DNA of 64,000 nucleotides from Thermodesulfobacteriota bacterium (GCA_963675595.2 CAXXLZ010000002.1:576001-640000), one strand, 5' to 3'; shown: positions 1 through 10,968, counted from the stretch's first letter. The notes: generated by a model from the sequence alone, not told the origin. A program made the numbers and translations.

Positions 1-2020
1 ACACACTGGTGTTGGGCGCACAAAGGTCGAATCCGTCGTATAAGATCTTGGCGTCGTCCAAAGTGCAGACGCTGACGCCGGAGTTGCCTACCTTGCCGTA
101 GATGTCCGGCCGGGTGTCCGGGTCCTGTCCGTAGAGAGTCACGGAATCAAAGGCCGTGCTCAACCGTTTGGCCTCACTGTTTCGGGAAAGGTATTTGAAC
201 CTCCGGTTGGTGCGGTCGGGAGCCCCTTCCCCGGCGAACATGCGGGTGGGATCCTCGTCACCGCGCTTGAACGGGAACACGCCCGCCGTAAAGGGAAACT
301 TCCCCGGCACGTTTTCCTCTCTCAACCAACGAAGAATCTCCCCCGGGTCTCGAAACTTGGGCAACATGACCCTGGGAATACGCTTGCCGGACAAACTGGT
401 GGTATGTAGAGGAACCCGGACTTCCCGGTCTCGCACCTTATATGCGTATTCGTCTCCCGAATAGGCTTCCACAAGCAGCGGCCAGTCCTCCAGCAGCTTG
501 CGCGCCTCCCTGGGAAGAGCGTCGTTGGTTTCCCGGATTTCCCGCTTCAGCAAATCAAGAGCGCTCTCCCCCGTTTCTTCGAGCCGGGCCTCAACCAGGG
601 CCAAAGCCTCTTCGAGGTGCCGGGCCTTGCGAGCCAACTCGCACATCTTCTTTGTTTCACGGTGGTAGTGTCTCACGGAATCCGAGATTTCCGACAGATA
701 GCGCATCCGTTCCGGAGGGATAATGATGGTCTTGCTCGAAGAAGTCTTCCTTTGGGAGGCGGGGATACGGCTTTCCCATCGAAGGCCCTTCTTTTCGGCG
801 ATGAGGTCCAGAATCCCATGGTACAGGGCCGTGACGCCGTCGTCGTTGAATTTGGCCGCGATGGTTCCGTATACGGGCATATCCTCCGGAGAACGATCCC
901 AGACTTCCCGATTCCTCTGTACCTGCTTGCGTACGTCCCGCAGAGCGTCTTCCGAGCCTTTTCGCTCGAACTTGTTGACCGCCACCACATCCGCGAAATC
1001 CAGCATGTCGATCTTCTCGAGCTGACTTGCCGCTCCAAATTCGGACGTCATGACATAAAGGGAAATATCCACGAGTTCCGCGATGGCGGCATCCCCTTGG
1101 CCGATGCCGGCGGTTTCCACGATGATCAGGTCGTACCCGGAAGCCTTGAGCACCCAGATGCCTTCCTGCAACGCATCGGAAAGCTCGTTGCCGGAACGGC
1201 GAGTGGCGAGGGACCTGAGGTAAACCCTCGGGTTATTGATGGCGTTCATGCGGATCCGGTCGCCGAGCAACGCGCCGCCGCTCTTCCTGCGTGTGGGGTC
1301 CACGGCCAGGATTCCTACGGTCTTGTCGGGAAAGTCATACAAGAAACGCAGGATCAATTCGTCCGTGAGCGAAGACTTTCCGGAACCTCCCGTTCCCGTG
1401 ATACCCAGCACGGCCATTTGGGAGGATTCCGCCCGTCGCCGGAGCTCAGCCCGGAACTGCTCCAGGTGACCGTTCTCGGCGATCTTCTTCTGTTCCATCA
1501 GGGTGATCACCCGGGCCACCGCCGGTTTGTGGTCCGGCCTTAAGGCCTCGGGCGTGAAATCGGCCAGATCTTCGGAAACGGGTTTGTCGACGGTTTCCAG
1601 GAGATTGTTGATCATGCCCTGCAGGCCCATTTTGCGACCATGGTCCGGGGAGTATATCTTGGCGACGCCGTACTCCTCGAGCTCCCGGATTTCGTCGGGG
1701 ACAATCACGCCTCCCCCGCCGCCGAAGACCTCGATATGGCCGGCGCCCCGCTCCCTGAGCAGGTCTTTCATATATTTATAAAACTCGATGTGTCCTCCCT
1801 GGTAACAGGTAGCCGCCACGGCTTGGGCGTCTTCCTCGATGGCTGCGTTGACGATTTCATCCACGGAGCGGTTGTGCCCCAGATGAATCACTTCGGCGCC
1901 GCTGGCCTGCATGATCCGTCGCATGATGTTGATGGAAGCGTCGTGGCCGTCGAACAGGGAGGCCGCGGTTACGATTCGAATGGGATTCTTCGGCGAATAA
2001 ATACGGGCTTTATCGGCCAT
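1..2020 (-). CDS. icmF: Fused isobutyryl-CoA mutase/GTPase chaperone IcmF (5' part; runs off the window)
   Basis: Missing from the ORF track because there is no stop in the window. Minus-strand translation from ATG 2020 (RBS AGGAG) gives MADKARIYSPKNPIRIVTAASLFDGHDASINIMRR..HLGHNRS (B12-binding), GITGTGGSGKSSLTDE (MeaB P-loop) and MFAGEG..RLSTAFDSVTLYG (mutase). Confidence 0.93.
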   Translation of the reverse strand, partial: MADKARIYSPKNPIRIVTAASLFDGHDASINIMRRIMQASGAEVIHLGHNRSVDEIVNAAIEEDAQAVAATCYQGGHIEFYKYMKDLLRERGAGHIEVFGGGGGVIVPDEIRELEEYGVAKIYSPDHGRKMGLQGMINNLLETVDKPVSEDLADFTPEALRPDHKPAVARVITLMEQKKIAENGHLEQFRAELRRRAESSQMAVLGITGTGGSGKSSLTDELILRFLYDFPDKTVGILAVDPTRRKSGGALLGDRIRMNAINNPRVYLRSLATRRSGNELSDALQEGIWVLKASGYDLIIVETAGIGQGDAAIAELVDISLYVMTSEFGAASQLEKIDMLDFADVVAVNKFERKGSEDALRDVRKQVQRNREVWDRSPEDMPVYGTIAAKFNDDGVTALYHGILDLIAEKKGLRWESRIPASQRKTSSSKTIIIPPERMRYLSEISDSVRHYHRETKKMCELARKARHLEEALALVEARLEETGESALDLLKREIRETNDALPREARKLLEDWPLLVEAYSGDEYAYKVRDREVRVPLHTTSLSGKRIPRVMLPKFRDPGEILRWLREENVPGKFPFTAGVFPFKRGDEDPTRMFAGEGAPDRTNRRFKYLSRNSEAKRLSTAFDSVTLYGQDPDTRPDIYGKVGNSGVSVCTLDDAKILYDGFDLCAPNTSV

Positions 2021-2129
2021 ACGATTCTCCTCTGGTTAGGGACTTGTCGACCTGTTTGCCGACCTTCCGAAAACCCGTGGTGAGGCATCGGGGATGGACC
2101 GTCGTGGGAGGGGTTTCCTCCCGGATCCA

Positions 2130-2765
2130 TCAGTCGACGTATCCGAGGACCAGTTCGGTTTGGAATCTGGTGTACTCTTCCAATGTATAGCTGCGTTGCA
2201 GCGTCCACCTTCTGAACGTCCACATGTGCCCCAAGACGGCGATGGTGTGGGCCAGAAGGGTGAATTCTTTGTCCTCCCGCATGCGCAGAAGGCCCGATTG
2301 CACTCCCTGATTCAGAATTTCCCGGAAGATGAAGGTGATCCTTTCTTCATTCTTCAGCACGAAGTGGAGTGAGTCGGGTTCCAGGGAATTGCTCTCCTGA
2401 TAAATCAGCAAAATCATGTCCGCCATCTGATCGCACACGAGGAAATACTCGCGAATCGCGGCGGCCAGCAGCTCCCTGCCCGATGAGTGAGACGAGAGAT
2501 TGGACTCGAGACGTTCACGTACGGCGGTGTGGATGGTTTCGCAGACGAGGTACAGGACGTCCTGCTTGGACTGGACGTACTCGTACAGGCTTCCGATGCT
2601 CAGGCCTGCGGCCTGGGCGATTTCACGCGTGGTGGTTGGATGAAACCCTTTGCGCACGAAGAGAGACACCGCGGCTTCGATGATTTGCCTGCGTCGCCTC
2701 TCGACGAGTTCCGGGTCCTTCACCAGTGTAGGAATATTCTTTTGGTCGGCATCGGAGTGGGTCAT
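2130..2765 (-). CDS. TetR/AcrR family transcriptional regulator
   Basis: RRRQIIEAAVSLFVRKGFHPTTTREIAQAAGLSIGSLYEY helix-turn-helix; co-oriented directly upstream of icmF. Confidence 0.92.
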   Translation of the reverse strand: MTHSDADQKNIPTLVKDPELVERRRRQIIEAAVSLFVRKGFHPTTTREIAQAAGLSIGSLYEYVQSKQDVLYLVCETIHTAVRERLESNLSSHSSGRELLAAAIREYFLVCDQMADMILLIYQESNSLEPDSLHFVLKNEERITFIFREILNQGVQSGLLRMREDKEFTLLAHTIAVLGHMWTFRRWTLQRSYTLEEYTRFQTELVLGYVD

Positions 2766-2772
2766 TTCCTCA

Positions 2773-2798
2773 CCTGACTGAACGCTCGCTCGGTTAGG
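2773..2798. promoter_or_regulatory. Imperfect palindrome, candidate TetR operator
   Basis: CCTGACTGAACGCTCGCTCGGTTAGG has dyad symmetry and lies just upstream of the tetR start. Confidence 0.45.
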
Positions 2799-3039
2799 TC
2801 CATTATATACGTCAACACCCCCGCCGGGTCAATGGAAACCGGAGGGAGGCCCGGCCGGGAACCTCTTTCCGGGGGCCGACAGGGTCACCGTGCCCAAAAC
2901 TCGGAATCATACATTTTGGTAGGTTCGCCTCCTCTCCATACTCATTCGTAATCTCTTCTCGAGCTCGCAAGGTTCAACGAGCGCTTCTTTCGACCGGAAA
3001 CATCTTTGATTTTATGCGGTTACGTCGGTACGCAAATTC

Positions 3040-3429
<390 letters not shown>

Positions 3430-3504
3430 CCCGTCCCGGCCAAGTCACGTTCACGTCACCAAACAAAAACCCATTCGAACGAATTACGTTCCGGAGAGAC
3501 TGAA

Positions 3505-4851
3505 ATGCTGAAAAAACCGAGTATACCGATGCTGGTCCTTCTGATTGTCGGAGTACTGACCCTATTCCCCTTACTTTCCTGGGCCGAGGATGCGGCCCCC
3601 ACGGTGGAAAGCAACCAGGCGGCCATTGAAGCCGTGCAGACCCACGCGGACTACGTCTGGACCTTGGTGGCCGCAGCCCTGGTATTTTTCATGCAAGCCG
3701 GGTTCGCCATGGTCGAGTCCGGGTTCACTCGCGCAAAGAACGCCGTCAACATCATGATGAAAAACCTCATGGACTTTGCCATGGGTAGTTTGGCCTACTG
3801 GGCCGTGGGCTTCGCCATCATGTTCGGAGCCACCACCACGGGCTGGTTCGGCACCACGGGATTCTTCTTGAGCGATTTCAGTCCGGGTTCCGATCCTTGG
3901 GTCCTCGCTTTCTGGATGTTCCAGGTGGTTTTCGCCGCCACCGCCGCCACCATCGTTTCCGGGGCCATGGCGGAACGCACGAAATTCATGGGTTACCTGG
4001 TTTACAGCGTCATCGTCAGCGCCATCATCTATCCGGTATTCGGCAGTTGGGCATGGGGCAGCCTGTTCCACGGGAACGGCTGGCTGGAACAGCTCGGTTT
4101 CATCGATTTCGCCGGGTCCACCGTGGTCCACTCCGTCGGTGGTTGGGTGGGATTGGCCGGCGCCATCGTCCTGGGTCCGCGCATCGGAAAATACACCAAA
4201 GACGGCGCCGTCAAGCCCATTCCGGGTCACAACCTGACTTTGGCCGCCCTGGGAACCTTTATTCTCTGGCTGGGATGGTTCGGATTCAACCCGGGTTCCA
4301 CCACGGCCGCCGTCAAAGACATTTCCTGGGTCTTCGTCAACACGAACCTGGCGGCCGCAGCCGGCGCCGTCATGGCCATGTTCACCGCCTGGAGCAAATT
4401 CGGTAAACCGGACATCGGTATGAGCCTCAACGGCGCCTTGGCGGGACTCGTGGCCATCACCGCACCCTGCTACAACGTAACCCCCTTGAGCGCGGTCATT
4501 ATCGGAGCCATCGCCGGAGTGCTGGTCGTCCTGTCCGTCCTGTTCTTCGACAAAATTCGCGTGGACGACCCCGTGGGCGCCATTTCGGTTCACGGCGTGT
4601 GCGGCGCCTGGGGTACCCTGGCAGCCGGCCTGTTCAACGTTGAAGGCGTCACCGCCAAGATCATCGGCGTGCAGCTTCTGGGCATCGGAGCGGCCTTTGT
4701 GTGGGCTTTCGGCGCAGGCCTCATCATGTTCAAGCTGATCTCTCTCACCGTGGGACTCAGAGTCTCTCCGGAAGAGGAAGCCGAAGGTCTCGATTTCGGG
4801 GAACACGGCGCCACCGCATACCCCGACTTCCAGATGTCCAGTCGAATGTAG
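3505..4851 (+). CDS. amtB: Ammonium transporter
   Basis: FMQAGFAMVESG, DFAGSTVVH, WFGFNPGS, VDDPVGAISVHG; many TM helices. Confidence 0.97.
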   Translation: MLKKPSIPMLVLLIVGVLTLFPLLSWAEDAAPTVESNQAAIEAVQTHADYVWTLVAAALVFFMQAGFAMVESGFTRAKNAVNIMMKNLMDFAMGSLAYWAVGFAIMFGATTTGWFGTTGFFLSDFSPGSDPWVLAFWMFQVVFAATAATIVSGAMAERTKFMGYLVYSVIVSAIIYPVFGSWAWGSLFHGNGWLEQLGFIDFAGSTVVHSVGGWVGLAGAIVLGPRIGKYTKDGAVKPIPGHNLTLAALGTFILWLGWFGFNPGSTTAAVKDISWVFVNTNLAAAAGAVMAMFTAWSKFGKPDIGMSLNGALAGLVAITAPCYNVTPLSAVIIGAIAGVLVVLSVLFFDKIRVDDPVGAISVHGVCGAWGTLAAGLFNVEGVTAKIIGVQLLGIGAAFVWAFGAGLIMFKLISLTVGLRVSPEEEAEGLDFGEHGATAYPDFQMSSRM

Positions 4852-4872
4852 ACCTACCCTCCAACCCTCAAC

Positions 4873-4910
4873 AGAGGGGGGAACTCCCCAACGCGTTCCC
4901 CCCTCTTTAT
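4873..4910 (+). terminator. Rho-independent terminator after amtB
   Basis: Perfect 12-bp stem AGAGGGGGGAAC/GTTCCCCCCTCT followed by T-rich tail. Confidence 0.7.
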
Positions 4911-4934
4911 TCCCTTCTTCCGCCTTCTCCTAAG

Positions 4935-5083
4935 CAGGCCGCCCAAAAACACGATCTGCGGCGTGGCGCCGCATCCCTCGTCACTGCGACATACTCTATG
5001 TACGACTCATTCCTCGGGACTTGCGCGCCTTTCAGGTCATCGTCCTTCACCAAACTGTGGCAACCGGCCTTTCTTAACGGGCT
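4935..5083 (-). repeat. MITE-like dispersed repeat family A, copy 1 (149 bp)
   Basis: Reverse complement aligns colinearly with 14114-14262 (e.g. CCCGAGGAATGAG.CGTACATAGAGTA.GTCGCAGTGACGAGGGATG). Confidence 0.85.
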
Positions 5084-5346
5084 GTTGGGACGTAACCCTT
5101 CACGGGGGGAACTTATGAAGAAGTCCCCCCGCGCTCCCCCCTCAGAAATTCCGAAGCAGGCCTCAACGCCGTGGGCGCAGAGGCGGAGCAATAAATCAGG
5201 ATGCCTCAATAGTCTCCAGCGTTCCTTACCTCTGCCGAACCGGCAAAGGCTCTCCCAAGTTCGGCTTCGGAACGCGCCTTTCGGACTGAGCCGCAAGGGG
5301 GTCCTGGGTGATGCCGTTCCCCCCGGTGACCCTGTGAATGGCAACC

Positions 5347-8300
5347 TTAGGACGGCATGAGATTGAAGTCCTGCCCGGTCTGATTCGAAGTTACATTTTC
5401 GTAGGACAGCGACTCGGGGTCGAAAGTGCTTTCGCCGTAGGAAGGCGTCACCATGCCGCTCCACCCGTAGGGAACCTGCGCCGTATAAACTCCCTGGCCG
5501 TTGGTGGTCACGGTTCCCACTTCGGTTACCTGTATGGACACCCCCGGGATGGGATCTCCCAAAACGGCCACCGTCCCCGAAATGGTCACGGGATCATGGG
5601 CCTTGGGCACGGCCTCGAAGTCCCGACCGTCCAGGCCCGAAACCACGTTGTCGAATCCGTACTCAGGCGGCTCGAAGTCGTAGGACTCCGACGTCGGGGT
5701 CACGGCGCCCCCCCACCCGTAAGGAACCTGCATCGAGTACGTTCCCGACTCATTAGTGGGTACGGAGCCCAACCCTTCAAAAGAAATGATGATACCGGCC
5801 AACGGGGCTCCTTCCACTCTTACGGTCCCGGAGATGATCGGCTGGGGGGAAGGTCCGGTGGAAGCGGCCTCGAAGTCCTGACCCGCGACGGACTCCGTGA
5901 GCCCCTCATAAGGCCGAGACACGGGGTCGAAAGTGTACTCTTCCGACACGGGTGTGACCGAGCCGGTCCACCCGTACGGGACTTCCATGGAATAACGTCC
6001 GATCTCATCGGTGACCGCGGACTCCGCACCGTCGAACTGAATCACCACGCCGCCCAAGGGTTCGCCTCCGCTCGTAACGGTGCCCGAAATCGCCACCGGC
6101 GTGCCGGGCTCTCCCACGGGAAAAGCCTCGAAATCCTGATCCGGCAAATCTTCGCTTACGAAATCGTAGGTTCGTTGTGCGGGATCGAAGGTGTATTCCT
6201 CGGATGCCGGAACCACACTCCCGGACCATCCCGCGTTCAAAACCACCTCGTACCGTCCCGACGCATCCGTGTACACGTCGCCGACTCCGCCGACCGTCAA
6301 TCGGATTCCTTCCAGGAGGTCGCCCTCATGGTGAACCCTGCCGGAAAGGGTCACTTCGGTGGGCTCTGCGCCGGTTATCGCGGTGAAATCCCGGCCGGTT
6401 TGGTCCTCCGTCACGTCCGTATAGCTCCGGGATTCCGGAACAAAGGAGTATCCCTCCAACGAGGGAACGGCCGTGCCGCTCCACCCGGAGCATTGACTCA
6501 CCTTAATCTCGTACGCACCCTCGCCGTTCGTGGTCGCGACTCCCAAACCCTCGAACACGATGTCGACTCCGGCCAACGGTTCTCCCCCGGAAGTGCGCAC
6601 GGTTCCGGCAATGACGGCCCCGAAGGTGGAAGGATACCAGGACCGGACCTGAGCAACCCGGGACTCTCCGTCATCGGAGGACATCCAGGCGGAACCTTCT
6701 CCCGATGAATCCATGCTCAGCGAAAGGAATTCTCCGCCTCCCATGGACGGTACATTCACCACTCCGCGGCTCACAGGGCTCAGGAATACGTTGAAACGGA
6801 GGGCGTCGGGCGTGGTGATCACGATCGTGGACGTGTCGTAGGTCTGGATGAAGAAATTCAACGAAACCGATTCACCCGGAGCCGCGTCCTTGAAAATCCC
6901 CGAAAATCCCTGTACGGAGGAAGCCGGGAACCATCGGTAGATCGTGTAGTTGACGGACGACGATCCCGCCGGCGTCAGAGAAGCGGTCCCCTGATGCGAG
7001 CCGGAGAAGGACGCGGTGAGCCGATGGCCCGCACCGCCCAGGTCCCACGCGTCGAAGCCGTCCGACGGATCCTCGTCCAGGAAGGCGGAAGCCGTAATGC
7101 CGTCCGGCGACGCAATCATGAGCACGGCCCCGGTACTGTAGGTTTGTACGTAAAAATTCATGGTCACGGCATCGGAACCCGGTGGAGCATCCTTCCACAC
7201 GCCGTCCAGTGGAGCGGGCGGAGAAGCCAGGTCCACGGCGGCGCCGATCCGGGTCACGGCGGCCTCCATCCGTTGGACGGCCGCATCGCGAAGGGTTACC
7301 CTCTGCTCCGCCTGATCGTTGGAGTCGGCAAGGAATCCGGCGGCTTCCAGGACTTCGGATTCCGCCGCCCCGAGTTCTCCCAACAGGTCGGCGCCCAATT
7401 CACCGGAGCCGACGCCCTGCTGCTCCACGATGGTCATGAGACTCCGGATCACGTCGGATAGAGCGTTCAGGTCCACGCCGCACTCTTCCCGGTCGCCGCA
7501 CTCTTGAATTAGATATTCGCCGTAACTCAGAGATTCCTTCAACTGCACGTTCCAGTCGGCCAAATCGCACACCGACGGCTCCTGAACCTCGAACACGAAC
7601 ACCTTCTGCACCAGAGACTTGAGATTTCCCCGCCCGTCGTCCGCCGTCCAGGTGACCGGAGTGACCCCGGCGGCAAATCTGGAATCCGAGGGTGCGTCGT
7701 TGGTGACGAGGACTTGGGAGGAACAGCCGTCGGAAGCGCTCGCCTGGCCCAGGGAGACCAACGCGGGCGTTTGGTCGGGTGGTATGACCATTCGGTAGGC
7801 GTCCGGAGGAATCGTCAACGAGGGGGGCGTCTGGTCGTAGACATCGACGTCGAAGCTGTCCGTGTCCACAACTCCGTCGTTGTCCCTCACCAGCAGGGTG
7901 ATGGAGTGCACGCCGAAGCTCAGCGCACCCTGAGGGATCACCACATGGGACCCGGTTCCCCGGAGTTTTTCCGTTACCAACCCGTAATCCTCGTACCATT
8001 CATAATTGTTGGCGGGGATGGAGTCATACACGTCGAAGGATCCCGACGCGTACAGATTGATCGGCACGTTGTTGGTTTCCTCGGAACAGGGAGCAAACTT
8101 CTCGGATTCCAGGCCCACCGCCTCGGGAGCAAAATTGAGAAACGTGCCCAGAAGATCAATACTGATCTCCACGGTGGTGGGGTCGCCGTCCACATAAATG
8201 GTGGACGACAGGGGACCTCCCTTGAGCTGAAACGTCTTGTTGGTGTGGTTGATGTTCACGTCCACCGGCAGGAGATTCTCCGTGATGAACAGCAGCAGGT

Positions 8301-9558
8301 CGTCGTTCACCTTCAGACTCTCGCTGCACGCGAATTCTCCCACTCTGATCTGATACAGGTCGCAGGGGTTCTTGGGATAGGTGTCCATGCAATAGGCCGT
8401 GCTGGTGTCGTACATCACGATGGCGATGTCCGCGAGGTCCCCCACGTCGGACACGTGAAAGTCGTCGATGTTGAGAATGAGACTGTTGATGCGAATGTCG
8501 TGGGTATCGGCGAGATATTCGAATTGCAGCGTTCCGTAGACGCCCCGGGTTTCCTGCTTCCCCTTGACCTTGATGGTCGCTTTGCTCTGAGTGGCCCCGA
8601 ACTCGATTTCGGACCGGTGCAGGAAGGACTTGTTCACGGTCAGGCCCGACTGGTTGGACGAATCCTCACAGATTTTGTCCACGGTGCACACCGCGGGTTC
8701 ACATTTCACCGAATCGTAGCCCGCCTTGAGCTTGTTCCGTTCCTTCTCGCACGCCGCGTTGGCCGCGGTCACCGCGCTCTGACTTCCGTCGTAGCAGCCC
8801 TCCGCGATGTCCTTGAGCAGCAAGGAGGTCTGAACCAACTTGGTTTGCGGTTGCACGAGCGCGAAGTACATGGCCTTCCACCCCCCGGGAACACTCACCG
8901 GCCACTGGGGAAACCCGCTTTGGTTGCCCTGAAGCGTGATCTCGTCTCCGGTGCTGAAGGTCTTCTTCGTATCGTACTCCCAGACCTGGAGATTCACACT
9001 GGAACCCGTCGGCGAAACGGAGTAGTCCGGCATCGTGATGGTCACCACGAAAGGCGCCCCGGTTTGGGAATTGATGAGCTTGGTATACGAACCGGTCAGC
9101 CAGTCCGGCGGCTTTGACGCTCTCGAATCGTAACAAACGAAGAGCTTGCCCGAATTGTTCTGCCACCGAATCTTGGTCTGTTGAGGAACGGTCACGCCCC
9201 GGTCGTCGAAATAGGTCATCACGAGGTCCGCGCCCTTCAAGGGTTCGTAATTCGTCCCCTTCACCACCCAGTTCCGGTCGTGGTAAGGCTTGTAGGTCTT
9301 GCTCTTGTCCTCGAGAAAGCCTTTCACCGCGGAGGATTGGGACACGGGCGTCACTGCCAGGCGGGATACGGTGAGATTCAGGTCCAGATTCTGTTTCTTC
9401 TGTGTTTTGATTTCAGCGGTACAGTCATAATAGTGGTTCAAGGGGGCGGATATGGGCAGGCCCGATGTATCGAAAGTGCAGCACATGGAGGAAAAAACAA
9501 ACAACGCGTACAATAAGTACGGAACCAAAGTCCAGAAACCGATCCATTTTCTGTTCAT
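5347..9558 (-). CDS. Large exported modular protein (PKD-like, HYR-like, duplicated ~100-aa module, five C-terminal carboxypeptidase-regulatory/Ig-like repeats)
   Basis: N-terminal hydrophobic signal ending ..SSMCC; RBS GGAGGA; HYR-like DQTPPSLTIPPD..GVTPVTWTADDGRGN; five ISGTV..G.PL.G..GWSG.VTP..F.P..GQDF repeats. Confidence 0.85.
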   Translation of the reverse strand: MNRKWIGFWTLVPYLLYALFVFSSMCCTFDTSGLPISAPLNHYYDCTAEIKTQKKQNLDLNLTVSRLAVTPVSQSSAVKGFLEDKSKTYKPYHDRNWVVKGTNYEPLKGADLVMTYFDDRGVTVPQQTKIRWQNNSGKLFVCYDSRASKPPDWLTGSYTKLINSQTGAPFVVTITMPDYSVSPTGSSVNLQVWEYDTKKTFSTGDEITLQGNQSGFPQWPVSVPGGWKAMYFALVQPQTKLVQTSLLLKDIAEGCYDGSQSAVTAANAACEKERNKLKAGYDSVKCEPAVCTVDKICEDSSNQSGLTVNKSFLHRSEIEFGATQSKATIKVKGKQETRGVYGTLQFEYLADTHDIRINSLILNIDDFHVSDVGDLADIAIVMYDTSTAYCMDTYPKNPCDLYQIRVGEFACSESLKVNDDLLLFITENLLPVDVNINHTNKTFQLKGGPLSSTIYVDGDPTTVEISIDLLGTFLNFAPEAVGLESEKFAPCSEETNNVPINLYASGSFDVYDSIPANNYEWYEDYGLVTEKLRGTGSHVVIPQGALSFGVHSITLLVRDNDGVVDTDSFDVDVYDQTPPSLTIPPDAYRMVIPPDQTPALVSLGQASASDGCSSQVLVTNDAPSDSRFAAGVTPVTWTADDGRGNLKSLVQKVFVFEVQEPSVCDLADWNVQLKESLSYGEYLIQECGDREECGVDLNALSDVIRSLMTIVEQQGVGSGELGADLLGELGAAESEVLEAAGFLADSNDQAEQRVTLRDAAVQRMEAAVTRIGAAVDLASPPAPLDGVWKDAPPGSDAVTMNFYVQTYSTGAVLMIASPDGITASAFLDEDPSDGFDAWDLGGAGHRLTASFSGSHQGTASLTPAGSSSVNYTIYRWFPASSVQGFSGIFKDAAPGESVSLNFFIQTYDTSTIVITTPDALRFNVFLSPVSRGVVNVPSMGGGEFLSLSMDSSGEGSAWMSSDDGESRVAQVRSWYPSTFGAVIAGTVRTSGGEPLAGVDIVFEGLGVATTNGEGAYEIKVSQCSGWSGTAVPSLEGYSFVPESRSYTDVTEDQTGRDFTAITGAEPTEVTLSGRVHHEGDLLEGIRLTVGGVGDVYTDASGRYEVVLNAGWSGSVVPASEEYTFDPAQRTYDFVSEDLPDQDFEAFPVGEPGTPVAISGTVTSGGEPLGGVVIQFDGAESAVTDEIGRYSMEVPYGWTGSVTPVSEEYTFDPVSRPYEGLTESVAGQDFEAASTGPSPQPIISGTVRVEGAPLAGIIISFEGLGSVPTNESGTYSMQVPYGWGGAVTPTSESYDFEPPEYGFDNVVSGLDGRDFEAVPKAHDPVTISGTVAVLGDPIPGVSIQVTEVGTVTTNGQGVYTAQVPYGWSGMVTPSYGESTFDPESLSYENVTSNQTGQDFNLMPS

Positions 9559-9903
9559 GGCCTATTCCTCCTGCTTTGGACCGAACGGGTTTGGCTGAGA
9601 AGATAGAAGATAATGGGGCGATGGAAATCCCGCCCTCGCCGAGTTCCGGAAGAGGTCTCGGCGCACCCGGTGGGACCGGATTATGATGACGACCGAATCA
9701 TGACCATAGATGATTTTGGGATGTGAACAACTATGTGAACAATTAAAGGTTAACGAATCTTAACGCTTTCCGTCAAGATGGACGAGGTGTCGGCAGCAGG
9801 AAGCTCGACTGTTTTGAGCGGGCGTTTCGTGTCCCTCGCCGGGTGTGGAAACAATAACTGCGATGAGGAGCCAAACCCGCCGCAATCCGGCGTTTCCGGA
9901 CGC

Positions 9904-10689
9904 TCAGCATGCATTCCGACCCGGCGCTCGGTCCCTTTTCCTTCCGAGATAAACCCACAAGCCCGCGGCGAAGCATAGGATCAACACGGCTGCGGCTTCC
10001 GTAAGGGTCATCGTGCCGCCGAACAGGACTCGATCCAGGTCCCCTCGGAATCGTTCCAGCACGAGTCTGGAGGAGGCATACAGGCCGAGATACAGACACA
10101 GGAGTCCGCCGGTGCGTATGCGCCGCTCGCCGACCCGCAGGAGCAATATAAAAATGCCCAGAGACACGAGCCCGGTGTAGGCCTGGGTGGGATGGAGCGG
10201 AATTCCCGTGGGCGCAGGAGAATACGGATGCCGGAACACGATTCCCCAGGGCAGTTTCGTGGGAAGGCCGTAACAGCATCCGGCGAGGAGGCAACCGATC
10301 CTGCCCACCGCATCTCCCAGAGCAATGCCGGGAGCGGCCGCGTCCGAGAGGTTCCACGGGTCCAATCCTAGAGGGCGTGAGGCGATCCAAGCGGCGGCCG
10401 TACCGGCGGCTACGCCTCCGGAGAAAACCACCCCTCCCTTCCATAGGAGGAATACTTCCAGGGGATGTTCAAGGAAAGGGCCGGGGTCCAGAACAACGTA
10501 AAACAGGCGCGCACCCACTACGGCTGCGATTATGGCCCATACCAGCAACTTCCTCACGCTCCTCCGATCGCACCCCGCCCGACCGGCTCGATAGACGGTC
10601 AGTTCCACCCCGGCCATGAATCCCAGCGCTACGAACAGTCCCCAACTGTGAATCGTCACACCATTGAACTCGAACAGTTCGGGCAGCAA
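9904..10689 (-). CDS. lgt: Prolipoprotein diacylglyceryl transferase
   Basis: VGARLFYV, WKGGVVFSGG, GRIGCLLAGCCYG, LHPTQAY, ERFRGD; probable TTG start at 10689. Confidence 0.92.
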   Translation of the reverse strand: MLPELFEFNGVTIHSWGLFVALGFMAGVELTVYRAGRAGCDRRSVRKLLVWAIIAAVVGARLFYVVLDPGPFLEHPLEVFLLWKGGVVFSGGVAAGTAAAWIASRPLGLDPWNLSDAAAPGIALGDAVGRIGCLLAGCCYGLPTKLPWGIVFRHPYSPAPTGIPLHPTQAYTGLVSLGIFILLLRVGERRIRTGGLLCLYLGLYASSRLVLERFRGDLDRVLFGGTMTLTEAAAVLILCFAAGLWVYLGRKRDRAPGRNAC

Positions 10690-10881
10690 GGTTCCCCATC
10701 CTTTCCGTGGAAGCGACTCCCTCAAGCCGGCCTGGGGAAATCGGAAGACTCCGCAAGCCCCCAATACCCACGATGCGTTTCACCATCGAGAAAAGATCCC
10801 GCAAGGTCAATCCCCAAACAGGTCCGACCTGAAAAATCGTAACGATTCACGGGGTGCGCCGGCGGGGGACCAATAGCCCAC

Positions 10882-10968
10882 CGGACCCCCGTTGCGCTTT
10901 TGCGAATCGCGTACGCGATCTGCAAAACGAGCGGCATGCACCGCCCAACTGATAAAAATACCTAAAGG
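10882..10968 (-). repeat. Palindromic dispersed repeat family C, copy 1
   Basis: Reverse complement resembles 13899-13984 and 15944-16020; contains the palindrome TTTTGCGAATCGCGTACGCGATCTGCAAAA. Confidence 0.7.

Noticed and set aside
617-1543. 308-aa plus-strand ORF
   Set aside because: Antisense to icmF, which is the real gene.
3571-4806. 411-aa antisense ORF over amtB (likewise 5338-6708, 7714-9117, 12763-14043, 14252-15304, 20577-22637, 36882-38381, 47753-49006)
   Set aside because: Shadow ORFs opposite well-supported genes in high-GC DNA; no motifs.
5350-6620. Five coding repeats as a DGR template/variable pair
   Set aside because: Highly diverged protein-domain repeats; no adenine-specific pattern noticed and no reverse transcriptase.
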